DNA of 64,000 bases from Eledone cirrhosa (taxonomy: Eukaryota): contig OZ024742.1 of the NCBI GenBank assembly GCA_964016885.1, forward strand, positions 341,000,001 to 341,064,000, read 5' to 3'. Shown here in pieces: positions 11,292-26,205 of the stretch. Below the pieces are notes generated by a model. It saw nothing but the letters and a program-made list of their open reading frames with translations, made no database searches and was not told the origin of the DNA. The position numbers and the translations under genes are program-made. Positions within the stretch are counted from its first letter, which is position 1; each line of letters starts with the position of its first letter.

Positions 11292-11890
11292 CTTGGAACT
11301 CTTTTAACCATCTTTTGATCTTATATTATTTATACTCCAGTCCTACAAACTGTAGAGTGCTACTTATCCGATATTTGCATTGCTTTATTGTGCTACATAT
11401 ATATATATCAAAATATCTGATCACCATTGGTTTTTCATCTTACGGATTCCGCGCAGGAGTAACAAATTTGCTTCCTTGAAGGATTGAAGCAAGACAGAAC
11501 GATCTTTATATGAAGCACTCAAAACATTTTGCTGAACATCATTTTTTGCTTTCCATAGCTAGTTGATCTGATTCGATCAGGCATTAGGTAGAGCTGCCTG
11601 TTCAAAAAATATATTGAAGTTTCGTTTTCATGCTGTAAAAACTGGCGATTGGCTTGCGACCTGGCCCAGGTGGTGTAGGATAGACCAACAAAGATTGATA
11701 TATATATATATATATACAACGGAATTTTCCGTCTACAAAATAGTTCCATTCACAAACATTGGTAGGGCTGGGGCAATAATATAGTAGAAGTCACTTGTCC
11801 AAAGTATTAGGCGGTCGAAGAAAACCTCAAACTGTGATTGCGTAGCGAACGCATCAACAACGTAATCATATATATATATATATATATATA

Positions 11891-13168
11891 CAGGGGTTGG
11901 ACAAAATAATGGAAACACCTTAAAATTTAAAACAAATTTATTTTAATATGGGGTAGGACCGCCTTTGGCAGTAATTACAGTTTGAATTCTACGAGGTATG
12001 GACTCCTACAAAGTTTGAATTGTTTCCAAAGGAATTTTTGTCCATTCTTCAGCTAAAACAATCTCCGGTTCTTGTAGTGATGATGGTGAAGGATATCAAC
12101 TCCTTACTTGTTTTTCTAAAATGCACCATAAATGTTCAATAATATTGAGATCTGGGGACGCTGGTGTCCAGATATGATGTTCAACTTCACTAGAATGTTC
12201 CTCGTACCATTCAGTAACAACTTTAGCTGTGTGAATTGGTTCATTATCACCCTGAAAGATTGCGTTTCCCTCCGGAAACAGTTGCGCAACCATAGGATGA
12301 ATTTGATCAGAAAAAATGCTTAAATAGTCTTGACTATTAAATCTGCCATGATGGGAAACAATTGGGCCGGCGGATTTCGAAGATATAGCCCCCCCCCCAA
12401 CCGATCATCACAGATCCTCCTCCATGTTTAACAGTTGGAAGAAGGCAGTCTGGGTCAAATGCTTCTTTTGTCTGTCTCCACACGTATACTCGTCCGGTGG
12501 TCGGAAATAAGGTAAAGGATGACTTGTCCGAGGAAATAACATTCTTCCACTGCTCTAGGGACCAATTATGTAGGTTTTTTACTCCACTCTAAACACTTTG
12601 CAACGTTTGTTTTGAAAGTAGTGGTTTCATGATTGCAGCCCTCCCGTGAAATGGATTTGTGCAGCTCCCGGAGAACATTTTTTGTGGAAACTGTGTTCTC
12701 GAGGTGGTCATTAAGCTCTGCAGTAATTTTGGGAGCTGTACTTTTGTGATCCTTTCTAATAATTCACGTAAGAGTCCGACGGTCCCTATCTGAAAGTTTT
12801 GGTTTTCTTCCGGAGTTTTGTTTCGACGAGGAGGTTTTTCCCTCTTTCTCAAAGGCTATCATTACTTTCGAGACAGTACTTCTTGATACACCAAACATTT
12901 CGGCTGTTTTCGTTACGCTAGCGCCTGCCATACGAGCACCAACAATTTGACCTCTTTGAAAGTCCGATAGATCTGTCATTTTAATGAATTTTAATTGCCT
13001 TTTTCTGATGATATCTGAAAAGAAACAGCAATTTTAACAAAACATATTAATCAATACTAATAATAAATAAAAAAACATAAAAATAAACAAGCTTTTGACG
13101 GTTTTATAGATATTTCAAAATTATGATGTTATGATGCTAGGTGTTTCCATTATTTTGTCCAACCCCTG
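11891..13168 (-). mobile_element. Tc1-family DNA transposon, full length, transposase disrupted
   Basis: 30-bp TIRs CAGGGGTTGGACAAAATAATGGAAACACCT, TA flanks; MTDLSDFQRGQIVGAR HTH, GRKPK, SPDLNIIEHLW. Confidence 0.95.
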
Positions 13169-13268
<100 letters not shown>

Positions 13269-13388
13269 AAGTACCTCTTGAACAGGATTGAACACAAGAC
13301 CAGGATCTCCACCGTCTCTAGTAACTACCACTAGGCCACTGAGACAGCTACATTATGGTTCACCTGGTTCCTTACCCCACTTCCTTCG

Positions 13389-13474
<86 letters not shown>

Positions 13475-13542
13475 TTATTAATATATATATATATAGATAT
13501 ATACATACATATACATATATATAGATATATTCATATGTATAT

Positions 13543-13604
<62 letters not shown>

Positions 13605-13686
13605 GTTATTCCGGGTTGAATCGGAGGTAACCACAGTAAGTAAGGTACTCAATACATAGCAGAGTATAAAAGTTTTAATATAGATG

Positions 13687-13737
13687 AGATTCTACAGGAC
13701 TAGAACTGTTTCATTCATTAGAAATCATCAGGAATCT
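13687..13737 (-). ncRNA. Type I hammerhead ribozyme, family C
   Basis: Reverse complement of 17991-18041. Confidence 0.85.
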
Positions 13738-14308
13738 GGGTATCAAAAAATAAAAATGGTATTTATAGGTCTCTACAGGTGGTAGGAGAGGGTGGGGAGT
13801 GGGATGGGTGTAGGTCATTGGTTGATAGAGAAGGGAATTCATTAAAAGCTAATTCTACAAAGCTATAGTTTATTTTTATTTATTTATGTTTTTAGAGTAA
13901 CAAAGGCAGACAGAATTCTATAAACAGGTTCTGGATGGCATACCATTCCTTGTCATTAAGTTTCTCTTAAGCTAACAGATGTCTATAAGATCAGTGGGGG
14001 GTCAGTCATGGTCGATAGAATTAAAGAAAAGGGAGATTCTTTAAAAGCTAAAATCACTAAGTGACAAAGGTTTAGAGAATTCTGTAGACAGATTCAAAAT
14101 ACTGAGTGCATATCTTACAATTATCTTCGAACTTCTCTTAAACTAATCAACTATATGCCAGAAATCAACAGACACATTCACAAAAAAACATACTCACTCA
14201 CACACTCACGCACAACCATAAACACACATACACATACACATATACACACATAAAAACACACACACATATATATAAATATATTTATATACATACATATACA
14301 TACACACC

Positions 14309-14360
<52 letters not shown>

Positions 14361-14384
14361 CACACGCATACATATACATACACA

Positions 14385-15571
14385 CGGCTGAAATTAGCGA
14401 CCTTGTGGGCCTGTACATCCTACATAACCTGAAGAACCTCTTTACCGGCCTAACGGGAGGTTTATACCGAGACGACGGCCTCTTCGCCAGGCATAAGGTT
14501 AACCCCAGAACCACCGATGGGTTTCGGAAAAACTTAAGCTCTTTCTTCTCTAATCTAGGATTTAGTATAACTATAGATTCTAATTTGACTAGGGCCAACT
14601 TCTTAGATGTCACTCTCGACCTAGATACTTCCCTCTATTACCCGTACCACAAACCTAACGAGTCCCTTAAATATATTAATGTTAATTCAAACCACCCCCA
14701 AAACATCACTGATAACCTAGTAAAAAGCGTCTCTATTAGAATATCTGGCCTCTCCGCCAACAAAGATATTTTTAATGCATCTGCCTCCTACTACAATGAC
14801 GCCCTCGCCCGTAGCGGATTTAAAGATAAGATAACTTACCTAGAAACCACCGCAAGATTGCAGAGGAGGAATAGACATAGGCAGATTAGCTGGTACAACC
14901 CTCCCTTCAATAGAGAGGTATCTACTCCGATAGCTAGGATTTTCTTCACTTTACTGAAATTACACTTCCCCATACAACATAGGTACCACACCATCTTTAA
15001 TAAGAACACAATAAGACTGTCTTACTCCACCACACCTAACCTAGCTAGGAATATAGCCAACCACAATTCTAAAAAATTAAATAAGCCAACCACCTCCGAA
15101 ACCAATCCCCGGACTGGGGCTCTATGTAATTGCCTAAATAAGGAAGCATGCCCACTTGAAAACAAATGCCTCACAAATGACATCGTATACAAATGCGATG
15201 TCATCTCAGGCACCGAGGATTGCAAAAAAACTTACATCGGCATGACCTCCACCAACTTTAAGACCCGTTGGTATGCCCATACCCACTCCTTCAGAAGACC
15301 GGATAAATCAAATCAGACAACACTCGCCTCCTACGATTGGGACCTCAAAAGGAACTCCACCCCCTTCACGCTTAAATGGAAAATACTCCAGAAAGCGCGC
15401 TCTTACAACGGAGGACAAAAGGGCTGCGACCTTTGTATTTCAGAGAGCTACGAAATTTTATTCGCCAAGGGCCCGCTACTGAACAAACTCTCTGAACACT
15501 GCCCGAACTGCATGCACAAGAACTTTGCAACTTTCAAACACTTTAAGCCAGTGTTAAAGCCCGATGGCTAA
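14385..15571 (+). CDS. PLE RT (C-terminal half) plus GIY-YIG endonuclease; 5'-truncated but uninterrupted; resembles the Hydra clade
   Basis: AEISDLVG, LYRDDG, NFLDV, YHKPN, WYNPPF, CNC-x4-CPL, IVY...YIG, HTHSF, CDLC, CMH. Confidence 0.9.
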
Positions 15572-15719
15572 CAACGACCTCCCCTTATTGGCCCCTATAC
15601 CTCCTCACCACCCTACCCCCACCCCTCCTCAACCTGAAATATTGCCTCTATGGTTATGTGAGTACCTCTTTCGTATCTACATTTTCTGCCTGTAGAGGTG
15701 TTTTTATGTGCCTGCGTAT

Positions 15720-16991
<1,272 letters not shown>

Positions 16992-16992
<1 letters not shown>

Positions 16993-17376
16993 CGCCAGGA
17001 AAAAACTCGTTGACAACGTAAACTCCGTTCCACTTATTCTAGTAGGCTTTTATATTTATATGTGAGCTGATAGAGTACAGTCTAAGGATTTACAGAAACC
17101 CATGAAGCTAGATTTAACACCTTTCTAGTGGGTCCGGGTATGATTTTACATTCATTTAAATTATTGACGTATTGTTTTATTGATATTTTTTATCTGTTTG
17201 GCCCGAATCTTCCTTTATCGATTTTAAATCGTATGGTTGATTGTAGACTTGTTCTATATGTGACGGTATTTTAACGATAGTTATAGCTCTGATTCATCTG
17301 AATTATTGAGCCCTCTGCCGCTCATATCGAATTTCGTTTTTCGTGAACTCGTGCGCCGATTTTTCGATACTCGATC

Positions 17377-17385
<9 letters not shown>
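16992..17385 (+). repeat. Partial copy of the family L 616-bp unit, nested in PLE C
   Basis: Near-identical to about 2448-2845. Confidence 0.9.
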
Positions 17386-17419
<34 letters not shown>

Positions 17420-17990
17420 GGTGTGTATGTATATGTATGTATATAAAGATATTTATATATATGTGTGTGTGTTTTTATGTGTGTATATGTGTATGTGTAT
17501 GTGTGTTTATGGTTGTGCGTGAGTGTGTGAGTGAGTATGTTTTTTTGTGAATGTGTCTGTTGATTTCTGGCATATAGTTGATTAGTTTAAGAGAAGTTCG
17601 AAGATAATTGTAAGATATGCACTCATTATTTTGAAACTGTCTACAGAATTCTCTAAACCTTTGTCACTTAGTGATTTTAGCTTTTAAAGAATCTCCCTTT
17701 TCTTTAATTCTATCGACCATGACTGACCCCCCACTGATCTTATAGACATCTGTTAGCTTAAGAGAAACTTAATGACAAGGAATGGTATGCCATCCAGAAC
17801 CTGTTTATAGAATTCTGTCTGCCTTTGTTACTCTAAAAACATAAATAAATAAAAATAAACTATAGCTTTGTAGAATTTGCTTTTAATGAATTCCCTTTTC
17901 TATCAACCAATGACCTACACCCATCCCACTCCCCACCCTCTCCTACCACTTGTAGAGACCTATAAATACCATTTTTATTTTTTGATACCC

Positions 17991-18041
17991 AGATTCCTGA
18001 TGATTTCTAATGAATGAAACAGTTCTAGTCCTGTAGAATCT
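17991..18041 (+). ncRNA. Type I hammerhead ribozyme, family C
   Basis: AGAUUC-CUGAUGA-uUUC uaau GAAu-GAAA-CAG uucuaguc CUG-UA-GAAUCU. Confidence 0.88.
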
Positions 18042-18053
18042 CATCTATATTAA

Positions 18054-18152
<99 letters not shown>

Positions 18153-18504
18153 TATATATTAATTCAAAATATTAATAAATATAGACATTCAAGTAATCAA
18201 ATATATTTTATTATATATATTTCGGAGGTACTGTGCTGTTTCCTGAGTCAGATAAATTATATAAATTGATGTACGACATACCTCAACTGTGCTGATGGTC
18301 CAATTCCAGTCTTGGCAGTATGAACCTTGTTTAACTGTTGGTTATATATATATATATTTAATACATTAACAGAGAAACCTTTAAACGATACTCTGACCAA
18401 CTCCATCTCATTCAACAAGCATTAGGATATACCTGAGTATAATCCCAATTCAGTGTTTGGGGTGCTAACTATACAGTATTCCGTTGATAATTGGTTGTAT
18501 TATT

Positions 18505-18685
18505 TTGGCAGTATCTGTAGAGCGTCGGACGCCATGCTTTCCAGCATAGTTACGTCCCTTTATGATCTGAGTTCAAATCCCGCCGAGGTTGACTTTGCCT
18601 TTCATCCTTACGGGGTCGATAAAATAAAGTACCAGTAATGCACTGGATAATTGCTGGCCTTGTGCCTAAAAGTAGAAACAATTAT
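18505..18685 (+). mobile_element. tRNA-derived SINE S1
   Basis: Matches the S1 consensus from TTGGCAGTATC to GTAGAAACAATT. Confidence 0.9.
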
Positions 18686-18722
18686 TTTATATGAGACACA
18701 ATTAAATAAATCTCTCTTTCTT

Positions 18723-18837
18723 TCTATACGATCGTTTCGTTATAAGATTTCTAAATCGTGGTATAAATAATGTTCAAGTTATGTAGAAACTTGTATATAA
18801 TCCATAGATATACAGACAAGTATAACTCATCAGTGGA
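18723..18837 (-). ncRNA. Type I hammerhead with long stem II, family E
   Basis: UCCA-CUGAUGA-GUUAUA...about 75 nt...UAUAAC-GAAA-CGAUCG-UA-UAGA; stem I has a mismatch. Confidence 0.7.
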
Positions 18838-19069
18838 TGCCCATGCGATATCAATATAAAATAACTACATCGATATTAATAATCACTGATGGTCTCCGTT
18901 AGTGCTAGAAGGACTGCTAAGTTTGAAAGCCCAGTAGTCCTTCAAAAAGAAATTTCACACTGTCCCCAATAGATTGTTGATCTGATGCGATCAGGCATTA
19001 GGTGCTTGTTGACACCTGGAATATAAATTAAAATAAACTTCACAATAAGGGGAAGCACCCCAAAACTTG

Positions 19070-19555
19070 AACCTTTTTATAGAATTCTTTCTGGCTTTGT
19101 CACCCTAATTTCAGCTTTAAATAATTAGCTTCTAAAGAATTCCCCTTTCTTTAAACCAATGAGCCCCACCCATCCTGTAGACACCTGACTTACAGGCATT
19201 GTTAGTGTAAGAGATAAACTAGGATTGGTACTCCAATTTGAACCTGTTTACAGTATTCTGTCTCCCCTTGTCATTCTTAATAACAATTATAGCCTTAAAG
19301 AATTAGCTTTTAATGAATTCCCTTTTCTTTAAATCCATCAACCAATGACCTCCACCTATCCCAATCCTCACCCTCTCCTACCACCAGAAAAATATAAATA
19401 CCACATTTACTTGGACAGTCAGCTTCCTGATGATTTCTCAGGAATAAAACAGTTCTAGTCCTGTAGAAGCTTTTCTATATTAAAATATTTATACTCTGCT
19501 TTGTATTGAGTACCTTACTTATTGTGGTTACCCCCGATTGAACCCGGAATAACTT
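19070..19555 (+). mobile_element. Solo pLTR related to PLE C
   Basis: Diverged match to about 17640-18057 and to the reverse complement of 13603-13680. Confidence 0.8.
19421..19471 (+). ncRNA. Hammerhead, family C variant (GAAA changed to AAAA, probably inactive)
   Basis: Stem I AGCUUC/GAAGCU is a compensatory change relative to AGAUUC/GAAUCU. Confidence 0.75.
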
Positions 19556-19595
19556 ATATTTATTTATATATATATATACATATATACATACATAC

Positions 19596-19651
<56 letters not shown>

Positions 19652-19988
19652 CTACCTTAAACAAAACCACCATTTCTATCCAGATCTCTACACTCTGTAG
19701 AATATATTGTTTTATAAACAATATCTATGAACATTGTACCTGGAGATATCACATAAATTCACCAATATTCTGATATCAAAAATGTATTCAGTTTATTAAT
19801 TTATCATATTATTTTACGGTGTATTCATATCTAATTCCAATAACAATCTAGCACTCAATACCTGTCTACTCTCTCTCTCTCTCTCACACACTCTCTCTCT
19901 CTCTCTCTCTCTGTGTACATTTACAAACACATACACAGAGATGCACACTTATGCGTAAATGTAATGTATAGGTGAGTATATATGTCTT

Positions 19989-20020
<32 letters not shown>

Positions 20021-20229
20021 GGTGTGTGTATGTGTGTGTGTGTATGTGTCAATGTATAATTATATGTATTAGTATATATGAATATACATATACCGTATGT
20101 GTGGGTGGCTTTTCAAACGAATCAGATAAAGCTGTAATTGAAAGCAACGAAGGAACATACAAAAAAGAAAAAGACATGCGCAGATACACACGTACACACA
20201 CTGGTACACACACACATACACACATATAC

Positions 20230-20299
<70 letters not shown>

Positions 20300-20575
20300 C
20301 TAAGAGATAGATATGTTTCTTTTATTTGCCACCAGGGCATTAAAAGTGGGACAAGTACAATGGGAGGAGTTTACAAAACAAGGCGTCCTCAATAAGGAGG
20401 AGGCAATAACAAAATATAAAAATAAAATAAAATATAACAGAATAAAATATATAACAAAATCCTCAATAGAGAGGAGGCGCCTTGGGGGGTCGCACACACC
20501 CCCGAAAAAAGTGTGCAACCCTTTTCCTCAGGAGCACAAAGAAGGGGTGCTCCCTTGGTCTTTCATCTTCCTCAC

Positions 20576-23498
20576 CTATAGTCTGATGTAGAGTGAAGGC
20601 CCATTCACACGGGCCATTCTCGCCACTTTCACCCATCTTTCATAAAAACGGCTGGGGTGCAGCACCTCTCTCTCCATCCTGATCCTTCTTCCGAAATGAT
20701 ATCGGAAGAAACGGACCAGTTGTTGGCCAGAGAGAAAGGTGTCTGACCTCAGTCCTTTCAGACGCGTCCACCATACAACCTCTTTCGCCATGGCTATTAC
20801 GCACAGAAACACCGCCTCTCCTTCGTTTTTGAAGAGGGGAGGCGGCTTGATCGTTACAATAGACTCGGTGGTCAACCGGATCGGTCCCACCCTTGACAGC
20901 AGTTGTTCGACATAGCCCCACAGATCAGCAATGCCCGAGCAGTGTACCAATGCGTGTGCAATGGTTTCCTCGTCACACACGCATCTGGGACAGATCTTTT
21001 TCGAGGGGTCCCTACCCGGGCGCCGGTGTCTCTATAGCCTTTCTCGAACGAGCAGAGCCCTTCTGTAGCACTGCCAGGCCAGGGACCTCTGGAAGTTATC
21101 CATGGGTCCCGGGCTGAATGTCCTACCGAACATGTTGGCCAGTTCGTCTTCCTCCATGCCTAGGGTTCTCCGAGGGCGTCGTCGCACCTGCTAACCACCA
21201 GCCCTCTATAGAATGACGAGGTGGATTCTCCATTGACAGTCAGGTCCGTCTGCTAGAGAGCCGTGAGCGCCTGGGCACACTCGGTGTGCCAGACGCCCAG
21301 TTTTGTCGGTCTTTGCTTGACCCAGGATTGCAGCTCGGTGAGTGAGACGAGTCTGGGAAAGGCTCGCCTCACAAACGTGGCCCACACCGGTTGACCGGAG
21401 AGGAATACCTGGAGGTGCCGTAGCCTTAATGCGTGTTTACCTATCATTAGCCACGGCATCCCCAGCCCTCCTTTCGAAGGGTGTTGACAGCAGATGGATC
21501 TCCTCACCATAGGAGCCCGCTTCTTCCAAAGGAATTGGAAGAGTACGCGCTCCATTTTGGCGAGCGTTTCCCTTGGGCAAGGCACAACGGTCAGGCGGTA
21601 GTAGATGACGGACGATATATAAGTGTTCGCCACCTCCGCTGTGCATGGCATTGATCCAGCCCCTGAAAACGGGTCCGAAGCCTGCCGCCGCTAGCACCGC
21701 ATCCAGGTAACCATGGTCGACCCTATCGAATGCCTTAGATTGATCCAAGTTGATCAGGGCCCCACCAAAGCCGGGTTCGTTCCCAACCCTCTCTATGATG
21801 TATCGCATGAGGTGGAGGTTGTCGTGGATGGACCTGGACGGGATAGCACATGTCTGCGCATCTCCCACCAGGTTGCCCACGACAAGCGCCAACCTCTTTG
21901 CTAGCACCTTGGCCCAAATCTGTAACTCTGTATTTAGTTATGGGCCTGAAATTATTTATATCGTCCCCTTTGTTCTCGTCCTTCCTCACTAGCGTGACTA
22001 CGCCCTTGGTCACAGCACAGGGAATTCTCCCGTTCTGTTGCCAGTTTCAGTAGACCGCCTTGAGGATATCGGGGAACAAGTCCGGCATAGCTAGATATAG
22101 TTCGTATGGAAGACCATCGAGACCCGGGGATTTGCGTTTGCCGCATTGGCTCAGCACGTCCTCTATCTCAGCGGCTGAAATCGGCTCCTCGCAGGACTTC
22201 ACCTCCCTGTCCGAGAGAAGCGGCAGGCCGTCGAGGTATGGACCGAAGTCCACATCCCCAACCGGCTCCCCGCCCCTTCCGAACAATCCGGCAAAGTGCT
22301 TTTGAGAAGCCTCGCACATCTGCTTGGGTTCAAGGATCACCCGTCCATCCTGGTCTCGCAAAGACCGGATAGTGGATCTGCTCCCTCTTTTGGCTTCTGT
22401 CACGCGGGCCCAGCTAACAGCTTTGGTCCCCTCGTTTCCCAGAGCACGTATTTTGCTTCGGACGATGCAGCCTTCGTGTTTCGCGTCGAAGAACTGGCCC
22501 AGGGCCGTTCTCGACGCTAGCACTCTGGCCACGTCGCCGCTTCTAATTGCCTCTTATACACTATCTACCAACTCCCTTTCCTTCCTATTTCTATTTGAGG
22601 CTAACTCCTTACTAAACTCTATAGAGACTACTCTAATCTCTCTTTTGAGAGATCCCCACCACCTGCTGTTGACGATGGCGCCCGTCAAGCGCTCCTTAAC
22701 TAAAGTGCTAATCCGGTCCCTGTAAGCCTTACTTGCCGGTAAGGACAAGTTGAGCTTCCAGTAACCGGGTCCCTGTCAATGAGTTCGTTCAAGGTTGACC
22801 ATGCAGATCACTAACTTGTGGTCTGTATAGCCAACCATGCGCATTTTTGGACAACTTAAAAAGTCCTTATCCTTAATTCTAACTAAGAACCTATCTAGGT
22901 ACGACCTAGATGATCCGCTACGATTTGCCCAAGTCCAGGTTGGCGCAGTCGGAAAATCTAGTCGATATCTATCGGCCAGATCAAATCGACCGATTAACCC
23001 TTTGAGGCTATTACACACCTCTCTATCGGGACAGGCCCCTACGTAGTCCCAGCGTGCATCTAGGATACCATTCCAGTTCCCCACTAATAGCAAGGAGCGG
23101 GACGTCCCTAGAAAAGTCTCCAGACGATGGAAGAAGTCCGGCCGCATTGACCCGAAAGGGCCGTATGCGGCTACCAACCTAAACGCTCCGCCTTCACCAC
23201 TGCCAAGGTCCAGAACCACTAGACGACCCTCCGGGTCCAAATGTACCATCTGTGTTGCGAGACCCAGATGTTTTTGCAGCAGAACGACAACCCCACCCCC
23301 ACCTCCGGGCTGACAGAGAGATGCGTGCATCTCAAAGTCATCAAAGGTGGGGGCCAGCTGTCGCACGTTGCTGATCCGGGCCTCGCAAATAACCATCACA
23401 TCTATACGTTGTGACATGAGGTCATTTAGAAGCATTGCTTGCTTCCAAGTTGAGCCCAGGCCACGCGCATTTAAACAGCCTACTCTTAGCATAGCCAT
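20576..23498 (-). pseudogene. LINE ORF2: APE endonuclease, RT and C-terminal CCHC; frameshifted, RT core partly deleted
   Basis: CLNARGL, GNWN, SYLDRF, TDH; KSPGLDGLPYELY, NFRPIT, LDQSKAFDRVDH; EETIAHALVHC; the QG/YADD region is missing near 21640. Confidence 0.9.
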
Positions 23499-23522
23499 GT
23501 TGGTGGTGAAGAGAAAAGGCAC

Positions 23523-25284
23523 TTACCTCTCTGCGTCCCGGGTATCGGGATGCACAATTTCCATTAGGGTGAGGGATGGGTTGTTGGGTGGGGTGGTGGT
23601 TTGTGGAAGTGTAGGGGCATCAGTGTGTTGTGTGGTTGGGGTGTTTGGAGTTGTGTGGGTGTTTGGGGAGGGGGTGGGGTAGTTTTTTAGAAGGACGCGG
23701 TTAATGGGCCCGACGCAGGGGGGACTCACGTCCTTTTTAAAGTTGTTTTTTAAAGTTTTATAAGTGTCCTGTGGGGGCTTTAATCATTTTGAGGTGGGGG
23801 AAATCCCCTGCCTGGGTGAAGTTAGGCCCTTGGGTTTTTATTGTATTGTTGTTGTACACAATGTTTAACAGTTTTTTGTTTCTTGTGTTTATGTATGTGT
23901 ATGCCTGTTTTTGTTTTTGTGTGGTGTTTTTTGTATGCTGTTGTTGTGAGCTCTTTTGTGTTGGTGTCAGTGTTATGTTTTGGGGAGGGGTTGTTTTCAT
24001 TTGTGTGTCTGAAGTGTGTTTTCTTTTTTTTCTTTTGATTGTGTGGAAGTGCTCCTCCTCGTCTGACGACGAACTAGGGTCATCTTCCGCGTTGGAGGGG
24101 AGGGGTATATTTTCGGGTTGTGTTTGCGTTGCGGGTGTTTTGGAAATTGTTTTTTTTTTTTAGTGGGGAGGATGGGTTGGACATTGTTTTGTTTTGGTTT
24201 GAGCTGTGGTTGTTGTTTTTGTAGTGGTAGTTGTGGTGATTGTGTTGGTTGTGCAGTTATTGGTGGTGTAGGCAGGATTGGAGTTTTCTTAATAAGTTGG
24301 GGACAGACAGCCCTCAGGTGACCTCTGGTTCCGCAGAGGTAACACGAGGGCCGCCTACCCTCAACGATAATGTTGATGAAAGTTTGATCATCCAGTATAA
24401 CGCGTTCAGGGATCTTGGCGATCCTTTCGGGCCTCATTTGAACTACAAGTTCGAGGCTCGTTCCACTGAACGCGTCACCCGATGCCTTTTCCATGGACAC
24501 CAGCGTGTCATCATCCAGGTTCAGGAAACCTGTCAAAACCCACCATATGTCCATAATCGGCAGGATGGTGTGGATTTTTATTTTTTGTGTTCTACCCATG
24601 TACGTAGGGTAGAAGGTGTATGCGGTGGATGTGATTGGTTTGATGGACAGTTTCACTGCTGTGTCCCTGTCCTTCATGAGAATGGATAGACTCCCGTAGA
24701 GTCTATCCTTCTGAATGTCCTTCATGACGTCTTTTAAAACCAGCTCTATCTAACTCTGTGATGGTTGAGCTGGTTTTTTGCTTTTATTCGAGATTGTCCT
24801 AAACATGACAGTGTTTAGGAGTCTCTGGCTTTTTAGTTCCGGGGGGGAATGGATCTTGAATGAACCATTTTCCCCGTACACTATATATTTTTTGGCATCT
24901 GCCAATAGCTCCTTCGCTTTGGTTATATCTACTGGCAGATAGTCGAGGGTTTTCCTTGCCGTCTGGGCGTAGGAGACCCTTTCCCTGCTTGTGCTGCTGT
25001 TGTTGTTCGTGGTGTTGTTGCTATCATTGTTGTTGTTATCACGGTTATTGGTCTTGTTGTTGTTGTTATTGTTATTGGTGTTGTTTTCGTCCGTCGCATT
25101 GTTGTTGTTGTTGTAGCTCCATCTGCTGACCGACAACGTCAAGTTGTCGGTCAGCAGATGGAGAAAATCCTTCCTCTGGCTGACCTTTGCTTTTGACCTC
25201 TGCTACTGTGACAGTGACAGGGGGCAGCTGTAAGTTTATCTTCCCCTTTCCTCCTTCGAATTTTGGTGAAGAAGCTTCAGCCAT
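23523..25284 (-). pseudogene. LINE ORF1 (gag-like, single zinc knuckle), disrupted
   Basis: SYAQTAR, VEGRRPSCYLCGTRGHLRAVCP, Pro/Thr/Gln-rich tail; split over several frames. Confidence 0.8.
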
Positions 25285-25679
25285 TTTAAAAAATGTAAAC
25301 TTTTCAACAAGAAAAAAAATTTTTTTGTTTAACTATTTCGCCTAAAGGCGTAGAATATTTTGAGAGACTGACCAGATCAAAGTTTGACCTGGCAGTCCCT
25401 CTACAAAATGGTACAAAAATTAAAGTTTACAGACAAGAATTTCTATAGAAATTTAAACAGAACTTACTCAGCAAGTTATACGCGTGTGTCCATCCCAGAG
25501 ATAGATAGAAGAGATAGATAGGGAGGAAATTACTAACATAAAAGGTAGACTTATAGAATGATATTTGATAGATTTTCTGTGGTACATTTAATTATAAGAA
25601 TTTTAATCTTCAGAATTGTTACACATTTCACTATTTATTTAATCTTTCGCACAGGTTTTTAACATTTCTTGCCCAAAAC

Positions 25680-25710
<31 letters not shown>

Positions 25711-26019
25711 GTGAGGTTTTTTTACAAAATGAAAAATAACCGAGGTGTCCTACACGAGTGAAAGTATAAAGAAAATAAGATGAAATCGAAAATGCAACTG
25801 GAGTCTTACTTTTAAAAATATATATATATTTATTTGGTTCCTTTACCGGTTTCGCAGTTCTACTGCTTTTCAAAAGTAGAGTTGAGATGGAGGGTTTGTG
25901 GTTTTTCTCATATATATATAGATATAACGAAGGAAATGTGGTAAGGAACCAGGTGGACCATAACGCACCAAAGAACTCAATACTTAGGGTAGTAGAGTGG
26001 GTAATAGGAACGAGTAGGA

Positions 26020-26113
26020 CCCCAACGGCTGAGCTCAAGCCGTTTCGACGGCTAATTCTGGACTAAATGAACATTTTTATTCTGGTATATGAATAGCCGA
26101 GCTTCTCAGGGGG
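26020..26113 (-). ncRNA. Hammerhead-like motif, family F (mirror copy, GUU site)
   Basis: Reverse complement of 26206-26299. Confidence 0.65.
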
Positions 26114-26205
26114 TAATTCCATATATGGTAAAAGTGATTGTCACAAGGATTGGTCAAATTTTTGACCAATCCTTGTGACAATCACTTTTACCATATATGG
26201 AATTA

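Larger units (their letters stand above)
8845..11398 (-). mobile_element. Penelope-like element A: 5'-truncated minus-strand copy plus an inverted 3' pLTR
   Basis: GIY-YIG ORF on minus; 8845-9175 is the reverse complement of about 11003-11330; both ends in (TA)n. Confidence 0.88.
20314..25496 (-). mobile_element. Tx1/L1-clade non-LTR retrotransposon, near full length (about 5.2 kb), mutated
   Basis: ORF1 plus ORF2; AATAAA near the 3' end; 11-bp direct repeat AGAGATAGATA at 20303-20313 and 25497-25507. Confidence 0.92.
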
